Part shown: positions 30,374-40,201 of the stretch, piece after piece | How positions within the stretch are numbered: the first letter of the stretch is position 1 | Layout: each line of letters starts with the position of its first letter | Origin: an uncultured Fibrobacteria bacterium | GTDB taxonomy: Bacteria; Fibrobacterota; Fibrobacteria; UBA11236 | Assembly (NCBI GenBank): GCA_963716395.1 | Contig: OY970309.1 | Span: 3,296,001-3,360,000, forward strand | Length of the DNA: 64,000 bases | Reading direction: 5' to 3' | Position numbers and translations under genes: made by a program | Notes under the pieces: generated by a model | The model's input: only the letters and a program-made list of their open reading frames with translations | Told to the model about the DNA's origin: nothing | The model's database searches: none

Positions 30374-31474
30374 ATGGCCGCTTTGCGACTCGAAGCCTTG
30401 AGCAAAACCTTTCCCGGCGGCGTGCAGGCGCTGGGCGATTTTTCCCTGGAGGTGGCGGAAGGAGAATTGGTGGCCATCGTCGGTCCTTCGGGGTGCGGCA
30501 AGTCGACCCTGTTGCGGATCATCGCGGGACTCGAAGAACAGACTTCCGGAAGCGTGTGCCTGGGTGATCGCCCTCTCGACAGACTGCCACCGCGTCGGCG
30601 CGACGTGGCCATTGTGTTCCAGAGCTACACCTTGCTGCCCCATCTCACCGTGGCCGGCAATCTCGGCTTCGGACTCAAATTACGCGGGACACCCAGGGCC
30701 GAATGCGCCGCCCGCGTTCAGGATATGGCCAAAACTCTGGGCATTGTAGAATTGCTGCGCCGTTTTCCCGAAGAGATCAGCGGCGGCGAACGCCAGCGCG
30801 TGGCCTTGGGCCGCGCCATTCTGCGCCGCCCGCAGGTGTTTCTGTTCGACGAGCCGCTTTCCAGCCTCGATGCGCAGATGCGCCTGCAACTGCGCGTGGA
30901 AATCCAGCGCCTGCACCAGCATCAAAGTGCGCCCATGCTCTTCGTGACCCACGATCAAAGCGAAGCGCTCACCTTGGGAGATCGTGTAGTGGTCTTGCAT
31001 CAGGGCCGCATGCGTCAAATCGCGCCGCCCGATCGGCTCTATGCCCGGCCTGCCGACACCGTGGTGGCCGCCTTTATCGGCGCGCCCGGAATGAATCTGT
31101 TTCCGGGTCGGCTGGAGGCGGAAAATGGAACACTGCGTTTTCAATCTCCGGCGCTTGCGTTCACGCCCACGCCGGAACAAGTCAGCCGCCTGGGCGGCCG
31201 CCGCGCCATTATCGCCGGGTTACGACCCGAGCATGTTCGACCGGCGGACGACGTGCGCGCTCTGCGGGGCGAAGTCACGGCCACCGAACGCCAGGCCGGA
31301 CAGGTCTGTCTATATCTGAAAAACGGCGCGACCGCTTTCGCTGTCAAGTTTCCCGGGCCGCATTTCGCCCCGCGCGTGGGCGCGACGCTTGGCTTTGACT
31401 TTCACACCAGCGACGCGTTTTTTTTCGAGGCGGAAACGGGCCGACTTTTGCTTGCCGGGTCGGACCCGGCCTAG
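30374..31474 (+). CDS. Carbohydrate ABC transporter ATPase (MalK/UgpC-like)
   Basis: GPSGCGKST, ISGGERQRVALGRA, DEPLSSLD and VTHDQ. Confidence 0.92.
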   Translation: MAALRLEALSKTFPGGVQALGDFSLEVAEGELVAIVGPSGCGKSTLLRIIAGLEEQTSGSVCLGDRPLDRLPPRRRDVAIVFQSYTLLPHLTVAGNLGFGLKLRGTPRAECAARVQDMAKTLGIVELLRRFPEEISGGERQRVALGRAILRRPQVFLFDEPLSSLDAQMRLQLRVEIQRLHQHQSAPMLFVTHDQSEALTLGDRVVVLHQGRMRQIAPPDRLYARPADTVVAAFIGAPGMNLFPGRLEAENGTLRFQSPALAFTPTPEQVSRLGGRRAIIAGLRPEHVRPADDVRALRGEVTATERQAGQVCLYLKNGATAFAVKFPGPHFAPRVGATLGFDFHTSDAFFFEAETGRLLLAGSDPA

Positions 31475-31476
31475 CG

Positions 31477-31827
31477 TCAGGGTTTCAACAAGTCGTTCAG
31501 ATCCGCATACAGGCTGCGCAGTTCGATTTCAGCCTCACGGATTTTGTCGATCATTTTTTTGGCCTTGTCGAACCGGCCGTCATCCAAGGGCCGCAACGCC
31601 TTGCCGCGCGGCGCCTCGCCCTTAATCTTAGATCCGCGCGTCGGCATCTCTTCGCCGCTCTTTTTCAGCCAATCGCGGATGGCGATATAGGAAACGCCGA
31701 ATTTATCCTGGGCCTGCTTCATCGCGCCCCGGCCGGGATTGGATTTTACAAAGTCCATCACCTCTTGTTTTTGCTCATTGGAATAACGCACGCCCCGACC
31801 TTTTTTGATTTCATTCATTTCGTCCAT
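31477..31827 (-). CDS. Small basic HTH protein with C-terminal coiled coil, function unknown
   Basis: RYSNEQKQEV...KFGVSYIAIRDWLKK HTH-like motif; RBS-like GGAAAGG; AT-rich upstream region. Confidence 0.65.
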   Translation of the reverse strand: MDEMNEIKKGRGVRYSNEQKQEVMDFVKSNPGRGAMKQAQDKFGVSYIAIRDWLKKSGEEMPTRGSKIKGEAPRGKALRPLDDGRFDKAKKMIDKIREAEIELRSLYADLNDLLKP

Positions 31828-31894
31828 AGACCTTTCCGGTATTTGGTAGGAAGCACAAATTTAAAATCAAAATTGAATATTCAAATAATTTTAT

Positions 31895-32623
31895 TTAGCG
31901 GCCTTCGGCCAAGCGGTTGATCAGAAATTCGGCGAAGCCCAGCGCCCGCATGCGCTCCTGGGTTTTGGCCACGTCGTATTCGACGCGCACGATCTCCACG
32001 TGTTGGGCGACGGTATCGCACAGACACCACGCGGCGCGAGGAATGTGATCGCGCGGTTGCCCCACACTGCCCACATTGATCAGCAGGCGTTGGCCGGCAT
32101 CCCAGTCATAACTGGAGGTCTCGGCCACCCAATACGATTGGCTGTTTTCCATCACCACCATGGAGGGAATGTGCGTGTGGCCCAAAAAGCAGATGCGTTC
32201 GGACCAAAAAGAAAACGCGTCGACGGCGTCATCGAAATTGGTGATGTAGAACCAATCGGCCGGAGAGCGCGGGCTGGCATGCACGAAATGCAGGGGCGAC
32301 TCGGTGGCGGTATAGGGCAGGCCATCCAAAAATTCCCGCGCCTCGGGCGCCAGGTTTTCCTGCGTCCATTCGATGGCTTTGCGCGCATAGAGGTTGAAGT
32401 TCTCGGCCGACTCGCGTCCCAACGCCACGCTGTCGTGATTGCCCAGGAGAGCCAAGGCGCTGCGCTCACGGATCAGCTGCACGCATTCATTGGGGTAAGG
32501 GCCGTACCCCACCGCGTCGCCTAGGCAGATGCGGCGTTCGACCTTCTGGTCTTCCATCGATTTGAGCACCGCCTGCAAGGCTTCGAGGTTGCCGTGGATG
32601 TCGGAATAAATGCCGTATCGCAA
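31895..32623 (-). CDS. Metallophosphoesterase (calcineurin-like)
   Basis: SDIHGN, LGDAVGYGP, GNHD, GHTH and NVGSVGQPRD; TTG start near 32623. Confidence 0.9.
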   Translation of the reverse strand: MRYGIYSDIHGNLEALQAVLKSMEDQKVERRICLGDAVGYGPYPNECVQLIRERSALALLGNHDSVALGRESAENFNLYARKAIEWTQENLAPEAREFLDGLPYTATESPLHFVHASPRSPADWFYITNFDDAVDAFSFWSERICFLGHTHIPSMVVMENSQSYWVAETSSYDWDAGQRLLINVGSVGQPRDHIPRAAWCLCDTVAQHVEIVRVEYDVAKTQERMRALGFAEFLINRLAEGR

Positions 32624-32819
32624 ACGATTCGCCTTTCCGTCCGCTTTGGGACGCTGTAGTGTATTACACTTTCGGCCCGAATGCAGGCGCCTTTTACACC
32701 GGACCGTTCCCGGCCAAGCGATCCGGTCCCGTTCGTGAGCGATGGTCGGCTCACCCGGGTATTTTCCCAAGGTCTTTATTACTTTTTGCGGCCCTTGCGG
32801 CTCGGCAAGCGACGAAATT

Positions 32820-32895
32820 GTTCCCATCGTCTAGTGGCCTAGGACATCGCCCTTTCACGGCGGTAACCGGGGTTCAAATCCCCGTGGGAACGCCA
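32820..32895 (+). tRNA. tRNA-Glu (TTC)
   Basis: GTTCCCA/TGGGAAC acceptor stem, anticodon loop CT-TTC-AC, GGTTCAAATCC T-arm and encoded CCA. Confidence 0.96.
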
Positions 32896-32908
32896 TCGCC
32901 AAGGCCCC

Positions 32909-33973
32909 ATGCTCACCTCGGACTTTGATTTTGCCTTTCCCCAGGACCGCATCGCCCTGCGTCCGGTACCGCGCGGTGAAGCGCGGTTGATGGTGGTTGC
33001 CCCCAAAGGATGGCCGGCAAACTTTCCCCTGCCCATTGAGGGCGATTGGGCTTTCGGCCGCGTCGCCGATTTGCCGCGGCTGCTGCGGCCCGGCGACGCC
33101 CTGGCCGTGAACGACACCAAGGTGTTGCGCGCCCGGCTGCACGGGCGCTTGGAAAACGGTTTGGCCTGTGAAGTTTTGCTGCTGAAACCCCGGCCGGAAA
33201 CCCGGCATGCCGATTGGGAATGCCTGGCCAAGCCGGGCCGGAAGCTCGTACCCGGTCGCCATCTCGACTTCAAGGCGGAACTTTCCGCCCGGGTGCTGGA
33301 AACCCTGCCCGACGGAGTCCGGCTCCTGCGCTTTAATCGTGAAGACGCCGTTTTCTTTCGCGCCCTGGAACACGCCGGTGAAACTCCCCTGCCGCCATAT
33401 ATCCGCCGCGCCCCCGAAGCCGAAGACGCCTTATGGTATCAAAGCGTATTCGCGGAACACGCAGGGTCGGTGGCCGCTCCCACGGCTTCGCTGCACTTTT
33501 CCCCGGCCATGCTCGACGCGGCCCGTGCACAAGGTGCGCGCCTGGTCAAACTCACCTTGCACGTGGGTGCGGGCACCTTTCGACCCGTGCAAACCGAACA
33601 CGCCGAAGCGCATTCCATGCACCGCGAGTCTTTCGAGTTGACGGAGGATTCGTCCCAAACTTTCAACGCCACCCATGCGGCGGGCGGCCGCATCCTGGCG
33701 GTGGGAACCACGGCGGCCCGCGTGCTGGAAACCTGCAGCGATGCGCGGGGAATCTTGCACCCGCAAAGCGGGGAAACCGGCATTTTCATCTACCCGGGCT
33801 ATCGCTGGAAAGCCGTCGACGCCTTGTTCACCAATTTTCATTGGCCGCGTTCGACTTTATTCATGCTGGTGTGCAGCCTGCTCGGCCTTGAAGGCGCGCG
33901 TGCGGCTTACGCCGAAGCCCTTCGACGCGGCTTTCGCCTGTTCAGCTACGGCGACGCCATGTTGATTCTCTAA
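32909..33973 (+). CDS. queA: S-adenosylmethionine:tRNA ribosyltransferase-isomerase
   Basis: NDTKVLRARL, PLPPYI, GSVAAPTASLHF, TLHVGAGTF, TNFHWP and FSYGDAM. Confidence 0.96.
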   Translation: MLTSDFDFAFPQDRIALRPVPRGEARLMVVAPKGWPANFPLPIEGDWAFGRVADLPRLLRPGDALAVNDTKVLRARLHGRLENGLACEVLLLKPRPETRHADWECLAKPGRKLVPGRHLDFKAELSARVLETLPDGVRLLRFNREDAVFFRALEHAGETPLPPYIRRAPEAEDALWYQSVFAEHAGSVAAPTASLHFSPAMLDAARAQGARLVKLTLHVGAGTFRPVQTEHAEAHSMHRESFELTEDSSQTFNATHAAGGRILAVGTTAARVLETCSDARGILHPQSGETGIFIYPGYRWKAVDALFTNFHWPRSTLFMLVCSLLGLEGARAAYAEALRRGFRLFSYGDAMLIL

Positions 33974-34034
33974 AGCAGTGCGAATTCCCACCGCGCCACC
34001 GCCCCATGGCCGGAGACTTCGAAAAAAAAAAGCC

Positions 34035-34427
34035 TCAGGCGGTTTGGGGCCGAGGCGTGTACTTCGCCGATCCCAAGGCCAACATAGTGAAGGTGACGGC
34101 AGAGAAAAAAATCGTGGCGATGGCGAAACCAATACCCTTGCCGAACCTCTTGGATAGGTCCAGGCATAACACGACCCAGATCACGAAATTGAGCGCCGGA
34201 ACCAGGAGCAAGAAAATCCACCACTTCGGTCTTCCGCACATGTCCAGGAAGACCAGGAAATTGTAAATCGGGATCCAGGCGGCCCAACCCGGTTTACCGG
34301 TTTTCCGGTAAAGCTTCCAGGAGACCAGCATGGAAAAGGCAATCGCAGCCACGACCACGACGCTTACCAACACGGTTTGCATGGGAGACATGGCGCCCGA
34401 CGAAGAGGAGGAGTAACTGAAACTCAT
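34035..34427 (-). CDS. DUF5684-like small membrane protein
   Basis: WKLYRKTGKPGWAAWIPIYN and LSKRFGKGIGF. Confidence 0.8.
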   Translation of the reverse strand: MSFSYSSSSSGAMSPMQTVLVSVVVVAAIAFSMLVSWKLYRKTGKPGWAAWIPIYNFLVFLDMCGRPKWWIFLLLVPALNFVIWVVLCLDLSKRFGKGIGFAIATIFFSAVTFTMLALGSAKYTPRPQTA

Positions 34428-34677
34428 ACCGGGGTTCCTTCCGCGACCTAGTTGAATTTGCTTCAGGGTATTACGGTCGACAACATATAAAAACGCCGTT
34501 TCACGCGTTCGGCTTTTATCGCTTTCAACCGCAAGTCCAAAAGCAGGATGACGTTCCCATTTGAATTTGAATAAAATTCGCGCTTATAATCACATAATGT
34601 TGCAACCGCAACCGTTTCGCAATCCGGAAATGTGGGGGCCCTTGGCATAGTCGCCCGCGGCGAGGCGAAGGCAAAGG

Positions 34678-35730
34678 TTAAGGGGTTTCATGCACGGCCT
34701 GAACAAAGGCGCGTGCGTGTTCCACCGGCGTATCGGGCAAAATCCCATGGCCCAGATTCCAAACATGGGGACGCTTCCCCACCACCTTTTTCAGTTGCCG
34801 CACCTTGGCGGCGATTTGCTCCGGCGCGGCGAACAAATAGCACGGATCCAAATTGCCTTGAAAAACCTGTCCGGGATGCGCCTGGAAGGCCGCGGCCAAT
34901 TCGCTGCGCCAGTCGAGCCCCACCACATCCGCCCCCAAGGCCGCGAACTCGTCGAGCAAAGCCGCGCCGCCGTTGGCGTAATGGATGATGGGCGTGCCGG
35001 GACATTGTGATTTGACATGGGCGATCACGTTGCGCGTATGGGGAAACACGAATTCGCGGTAATCGGCCGAACCTGTGAAGCCGGCCCAGGAATCCATGAT
35101 GGTTACGGCTTGTGCGCCCTGCCGGATTTGCTCGCACAAATACGACCCGGTGATGGTGGCCAACTTTTCCAGCAACGCATGATAAGCAGCGGGCTGTGAG
35201 AACATCAGAGCTTTCAGCCGAGCCAGTTCCTTTGAGCTTCCGCCTTCGACCATGTAGGATGCCACGGTGAAAGGCCCGCCGGCGAATCCGATCAGGGGCA
35301 CGCTGTCGGCCAACTCATGCCGCGTCAAGCGAATGCCTTGAAAGACGAAATCCAGTTCGGCGTTAAGGTCGCGGCCCGGCAAGGCGTGAATCGAAGCCGC
35401 GTCGCGCAAGGGATTATGCACCACCGGACCTTCGCCCTCGACGAATTCCAGTTGCAAGCCGAGCGGGGGCAACAGCACCAAGATGTCGGAAAATAAGATG
35501 GCGGCGTCGACACCGATTTGCTCCACGGGTTGAATGGTGACTTCGGCCACGTGTTCGGGCGAGCGGCAGAAGTCGAGAAAGCTCGGGAATAATTTCCGTA
35601 CCCGACGGTAATCGGGCAGGTAACGCCCGGCCTGGCGCATGATCCACACCGGCGGACGCGCCGGCGTCCGGCCCATGGCCGCGGCGAGAAAGGCATGCTC
35701 CGCAGCCGGTGCGGGCGAATCGGTGGACAT
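34678..35730 (-). CDS. hemE: Uroporphyrinogen decarboxylase
   Basis: PVWIMRQAGRYLP, DAAILFSDIL, QGNLDP and NLGHGI; likely start ATG at 35730. Confidence 0.96.
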   Translation of the reverse strand: MSTDSPAPAAEHAFLAAAMGRTPARPPVWIMRQAGRYLPDYRRVRKLFPSFLDFCRSPEHVAEVTIQPVEQIGVDAAILFSDILVLLPPLGLQLEFVEGEGPVVHNPLRDAASIHALPGRDLNAELDFVFQGIRLTRHELADSVPLIGFAGGPFTVASYMVEGGSSKELARLKALMFSQPAAYHALLEKLATITGSYLCEQIRQGAQAVTIMDSWAGFTGSADYREFVFPHTRNVIAHVKSQCPGTPIIHYANGGAALLDEFAALGADVVGLDWRSELAAAFQAHPGQVFQGNLDPCYLFAAPEQIAAKVRQLKKVVGKRPHVWNLGHGILPDTPVEHARAFVQAVHETP

Positions 35731-36010
35731 CGGGTTCAATGTAGAACGAGTGGGCCGGTGAAGCGAAGCGGTTGGCGGACTATGGGCGGGCGGCGGTCGC
35801 CCGAAGAAATCCCCCGCAGTCGTATGGTCACCGTTTCGCTCCGGTCCGCCCTGTCGAATCCGGAATGTTACGCAAAGAACGACAATATTTCCGCCATTCC
35901 TTTGGTGATTCCGTGTTCCCCCCCCATCCTGGAGGCAACCATCGTTTGTCGAAAGTGGACAACCGCAGAATCCATGCATAAAATCACGCGGCGGTGTTAT
36001 TCTGCTATAA

Positions 36011-36062
36011 GGCGTCGTCAAGAAATAACCTCGGTGCGTATCGTTTATTTCTTGACGACGCC
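36011..36062. mobile_element. MITE-like miniature element: 18-bp perfect terminal inverted repeats flanked by TAA direct repeats
   Basis: TAA|GGCGTCGTCAAGAAATAA-16nt-TTATTTCTTGACGACGCC|TAA. Confidence 0.55.
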
Positions 36063-36127
36063 TAACCGCCGGAAATAAGCGAAATCATACACGGAATATT
36101 TTTCGTCGCCCTAAATTAACCAGCATT

Positions 36128-38707
36128 ATGGGACCCTCGCATCATCGCCTTCCGGTTGCGGCCGCCGCCTTGATCTGCGGTTTTGCGGCCCAGTTCCTGC
36201 ATGCCCAAACGCCCTGGTATCAATGGCGTAGACAGAAGCAGGCGAATTTCCATGACATTCAAAAAGCGCATGACGCCGAACCAGCCGACGACGCGTCGGC
36301 TGGCGATCGCGATTTGACCCGCATTCTGCAACCCAATCAAATGCCCTTGCGCGAAGGCGAGTCGCCTTTCGAGGACGAAGAAGATTTTCAATACCGGCGC
36401 TGGGCGGCTTTCGTCGCACCGCGCACGGCGCCTTCGGGCGATCTGGCCCTGATCGACAGCGGGCAGCAGACCATCGCGGATTTGGTGCTGGCCAAAACCG
36501 CGGCCGCTCCCGCCTATGGCGCCTGGGAATCGCTGGGGCCCGGCGCCGCCGGCACCTATGGCGCCGGACGCCTGGACTGGATCGCTTTTCATCCCACCGA
36601 TCCCAACACCTTCATGGTGGGATCTCCCAGCGGCGGATTGTGGCTGACCCATGACGGCGGCTCGACCTGGACCACCCCGACCGACGGCATCGCGGTTTTG
36701 GGGGCGGCCTGGGCCGCCTATGATCCGGTGCACCCCGACACGATCTATTTGGCAACGGGTGACGGAGATCATAGTGATACCTACAGCGTCGGCGTTTTGA
36801 AATCCACCGATGGCGGGGCCACCTGGAATACCACCGGGCTCACCTATCCCGTGGCCAATGAAATGGAAATCGAAAAGCTGGAGGTGGATGGAAAAAATCC
36901 GCGCAAGATCTACGTGGCGACGAGCCGGGGGGTGCAGGTTTCCAACGATGCCGGTGCGAGTTTCCAGGCCTCCTCGGGCATCAACGGCCAGGTATGGGAT
37001 GTGGAGATCAATCCCGCCGACTCGAACATCGTCTACGCAACCACCACCTCGCTTTACGTTTCGCATGACGGCGGCGCCAGCTTCATGCGCAACTCCAATC
37101 TCGCGTCGGCCGCCTACCGCATGCAAATCGCCGTAACCGCGGCGCAGCCGGGCTATGTCTATGCCCTGCGCGGCGCCGATACGTCGACCCAGGGGGTGTA
37201 CCTGTCCCAGGATTCGGGGCAAACCTTCACCCAAACCGGCAGCGGCTCGGTCTTGGGCTGCGCGCAAACCTGGTATGACTACGGGTTCGACGCCAACCCC
37301 ACCAATGCCAACCAATTGGCCGCCGGCTGCCTCGAAGCCTATCAATCCAACGACGGCGGGGCCAGTTGGATCCAGTTGGGGTCGAGCTATCATGTCGACG
37401 TGCACGGCACGATGTACCGCAGCGATGGAACCTTGTACAACCTCGACGACGGTGGAATCTTTGTCAGCGCCGGAACCACGCGCTGGACCAACCTGAACAA
37501 CAACCTGATCATCGGCCAGGCCTACCGCGTCGGTATTTATCCCGGGGATTACGATCAATTGTGTTCAGGCCGCCAGGACAATGCCACCGACATTCGCAAC
37601 GCGACCACCGGTACCTGGAAATCGGCGCTGGGCGGCGACGGCTTCGGCTGTTTCTGGAACAATACGGGGACGCGCTGGTACGGCGAATCCGAAGACGGCA
37701 CCGGCGAGGGCTGCAATTACGCCAACGGCCAGGTCAGCGGTTGCCGGAACATCAATATCCAGGCCCCGCTGGGAACCTGGGACAATCCCTGGGCGCCCGA
37801 TCCCAACAGCAGTTCGGGCCTGTTCAATGCCCGCACCACCGACCTGTGGCATTCCACCAACAACGGGTCGAACTGGACGCAAATGGGAACCATCGGCGGA
37901 TCGGGGACCATTCTTAATTTTGTAGTGGCCCCGTCGAACTCCAACGTGTTGTATGTATTCAAAGGCGGCGCGATCTACCAGACCACCGACCAGGGCGGAA
38001 CCTGGAAGAACGTGAAGGGCTCGATTTCGGGTACCGTGGTGAACGGCGACGTATCCGATACCAACCCCGACGACGTGTGGGTCACGGTCAGCGGCTATTC
38101 AGCTACCAGCAAGGTCTACCACTCCACCGATGGTGGAACGAATTGGACCAATGAAACCCGGACCGGGCTTCCCAACCTCCCCGCCAACTGCATCGCCCTC
38201 GACAACCTCGGACACAATGGCCTGTATCTCGGCATGGACGTGGGTGTTTATTTCAAACGCGATTCCATGACGTCCTGGATTAATTATTCGGCGGGTCTGC
38301 CCAATGCCAGCATCCATGACTTGAAAATCGGCAGCAAAGGAACGAGTCTGACCGACCGCCGTTTGGTGGCCGCCACCTTCGGACGCAGCATTTGGCGCAC
38401 CGTGCTGTATGACCAGGCACCCACGGCCGCACGCAACGCCGTGCTGCCCGATCTCAACGCCTTCACCGCCACCTTGAACGGCGCCACCCTGTTGCTGCGC
38501 TTCCAGTTGGCCACGGGTGCCGACGACCCGCAAGCGGTGCGGATACAACTGGTTACGGTCACCGGCGAAACGGTATACCGCGAATCGGTGCCGGCCCGCG
38601 GCCTTTTCCAACGTCAAATCGATTTGTCGCGAAGCGGAAAAGGTTTGTATCTCTTCGTGCTGTCGCGAGACGGCCGGCGCGTGACGCGCCGCATCGCCTA
38701 CGAATAA
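36128..38707 (+). CDS. Secreted BNR/Asp-box (VPS10-like) beta-propeller protein with C-terminal sorting-domain-like tail
   Basis: Signal peptide; repeated S/T-x-D-G-G-x-T-W boxes; C-terminal ..IDLSRSGKGLYLFVL..VTRRI resembles a T9SS-type CTD. Confidence 0.82.
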   Translation: MGPSHHRLPVAAAALICGFAAQFLHAQTPWYQWRRQKQANFHDIQKAHDAEPADDASAGDRDLTRILQPNQMPLREGESPFEDEEDFQYRRWAAFVAPRTAPSGDLALIDSGQQTIADLVLAKTAAAPAYGAWESLGPGAAGTYGAGRLDWIAFHPTDPNTFMVGSPSGGLWLTHDGGSTWTTPTDGIAVLGAAWAAYDPVHPDTIYLATGDGDHSDTYSVGVLKSTDGGATWNTTGLTYPVANEMEIEKLEVDGKNPRKIYVATSRGVQVSNDAGASFQASSGINGQVWDVEINPADSNIVYATTTSLYVSHDGGASFMRNSNLASAAYRMQIAVTAAQPGYVYALRGADTSTQGVYLSQDSGQTFTQTGSGSVLGCAQTWYDYGFDANPTNANQLAAGCLEAYQSNDGGASWIQLGSSYHVDVHGTMYRSDGTLYNLDDGGIFVSAGTTRWTNLNNNLIIGQAYRVGIYPGDYDQLCSGRQDNATDIRNATTGTWKSALGGDGFGCFWNNTGTRWYGESEDGTGEGCNYANGQVSGCRNINIQAPLGTWDNPWAPDPNSSSGLFNARTTDLWHSTNNGSNWTQMGTIGGSGTILNFVVAPSNSNVLYVFKGGAIYQTTDQGGTWKNVKGSISGTVVNGDVSDTNPDDVWVTVSGYSATSKVYHSTDGGTNWTNETRTGLPNLPANCIALDNLGHNGLYLGMDVGVYFKRDSMTSWINYSAGLPNASIHDLKIGSKGTSLTDRRLVAATFGRSIWRTVLYDQAPTAARNAVLPDLNAFTATLNGATLLLRFQLATGADDPQAVRIQLVTVTGETVYRESVPARGLFQRQIDLSRSGKGLYLFVLSRDGRRVTRRIAYE

Positions 38708-38787
38708 GCGGATCCGGCCGCTTGGACACTCGCCCGCTCCCACAGGTGCGGGCCTTGTCGACCGCCGGAGATGGATTCGTAGAGTGT

Positions 38788-38834
38788 TCACGTTTTCAGT
38801 TACGTTTTGTCACGATTTCATTACGCTTTAGTCA
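38788..38834 (+). promoter_or_regulatory. Phased direct repeats (T[C/T]ACG about every 11 bp) upstream of the tolC-macAB operon
   Basis: TCACGttttcagTTACGttttgTCACGatttcaTTACGctttagTCA. Confidence 0.45.
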
Positions 38835-38884
38835 TCACGCGGCCTTGCGGGTATTCGTAAATTTGACAGCGTCAAGGAAGCACC

Positions 38885-40189
38885 ATGGGTATTTTTCTTC
38901 CAAGTCGGCACTTTGTTCTTTTTCCGCGCATCGCGGTCGGCTGCGCTTTGATGGTTGCCACCGTGGCGGCGGACACTCTCACGCCGCAGCAGGTCGTGGG
39001 CCTGGCCCTGGAAAAAAATTTCGCCATCTCGCTAGCGCGGGATCAGACGGCTCAGGCCGGCGTCGATCGCCAATCGGCTTTGGGGGCTTTTCTCCCCAGC
39101 GCGTCCGCCACTGCGACCAATGAAGGCACCTTGACCGACTCCGTCGGCCAAATCACCACGGTGGGCGCGTCGGTAAACTGGCAAATCTTCGATGGATTGC
39201 AATCGGTGCATGCCTACCAACGTTTGAAATCGGCGGAAGAATCCGCGCAACTCCAGGAACGGCTGGCCATCGAATCGACTTTGGAATCCGTACTCGAAGG
39301 GTATTACAACGTGGTTTTGCAAAATCAGCTTTTAGCTGCGTTGCAGGAATTGACCGGAGTGGCCGAAGATCAGGCCAAACTGGCCCAGGCCAAAGCCGAG
39401 GTTGGTTCCGGGGCGAACCTAGACGCCCTGCAAGCCGTGGCCACTTTGCAAGAAGACTCCTCTTCGCTGCTCGCACAGCGCATCACCTTGCGCGAGGCCA
39501 AGGTGCAGCTCAATCAATTGCTGGCACGCGATCCGGCCCTCGATTTCGAGGTGCTCGACACCATTCCGATTGCAAGCGATTTACCGCTGAAAAAATGGCG
39601 CGCCGCATTGCCCGATCAGAACGCCACCATTCTGGAGGCGAAAGCGCAACGCGACGTCAGCGATTACTCCCTGCAAACCGCCCGCGGCCTGTGGTGGCCG
39701 AGCCTCAATGCGGGCCTGGGCTACTCGCAAGCGCCTGCTTTCGTGAATGCCTCCTCCGTCCGCAACGATGCCGAAGTCAACTATCAAATCGCAGTGAGCG
39801 TGCCCATCTTCAGCCAGTTTCAGCACCGCCAGGCCGTGGTCGACGCCAAATTCCAGTTGCACGAAAGCCAAACCTCGCTGCTGCAAGCCGAATCGAACAT
39901 CGACGGCGAATTCGTGCAAGACGCAGAAAAATATCGCGCGGGCTTGGATCAGGTGAGCTTGGCCGCGCGCAATATGCACGTGGCCGAACTCCAGGCCGAC
40001 GCGGCCTACGCCCGCTATAAAGCCGGCACCGGCACGGCCCTGGATTTTCGCGACGCCCAGAGCATTTTGCTCCAGGCCAAAAGCCAGTTGATTACCTCCC
40101 GCCAAAACACCAAGCAAGCCGAATTGGCTTTGAAGCGTCTCGCCGGCATCCTGGTGCAGGCGACTCCGGCGATGCCGGAAGGCCGGTAA
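38885..40189 (+). CDS. TolC family outer membrane efflux protein
   Basis: ALEKNFAI, FLPS, WQIFDG, duplicated OEP repeat and RYKAG. Confidence 0.88.
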   Translation: MGIFLPSRHFVLFPRIAVGCALMVATVAADTLTPQQVVGLALEKNFAISLARDQTAQAGVDRQSALGAFLPSASATATNEGTLTDSVGQITTVGASVNWQIFDGLQSVHAYQRLKSAEESAQLQERLAIESTLESVLEGYYNVVLQNQLLAALQELTGVAEDQAKLAQAKAEVGSGANLDALQAVATLQEDSSSLLAQRITLREAKVQLNQLLARDPALDFEVLDTIPIASDLPLKKWRAALPDQNATILEAKAQRDVSDYSLQTARGLWWPSLNAGLGYSQAPAFVNASSVRNDAEVNYQIAVSVPIFSQFQHRQAVVDAKFQLHESQTSLLQAESNIDGEFVQDAEKYRAGLDQVSLAARNMHVAELQADAAYARYKAGTGTALDFRDAQSILLQAKSQLITSRQNTKQAELALKRLAGILVQATPAMPEGR

Positions 40190-40201
40190 GAAAGGTCTCT
40201 C

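Noticed and set aside
32909-33973. Functional link between queA (Q34 of tRNA-Asn) and the tRNA-Asn array
   Set aside because: The loci are 19 kb apart and queA is a housekeeping gene; no evidence beyond coincidence.
34022-34031. Poly-A tract as a phase-variation site
   Set aside because: It is intergenic between convergent genes and more likely part of a termination region.
35731-36021. Long N-terminal extension of HemE
   Set aside because: Homology starts near ATG 35730; the extension crosses intergenic sequence.
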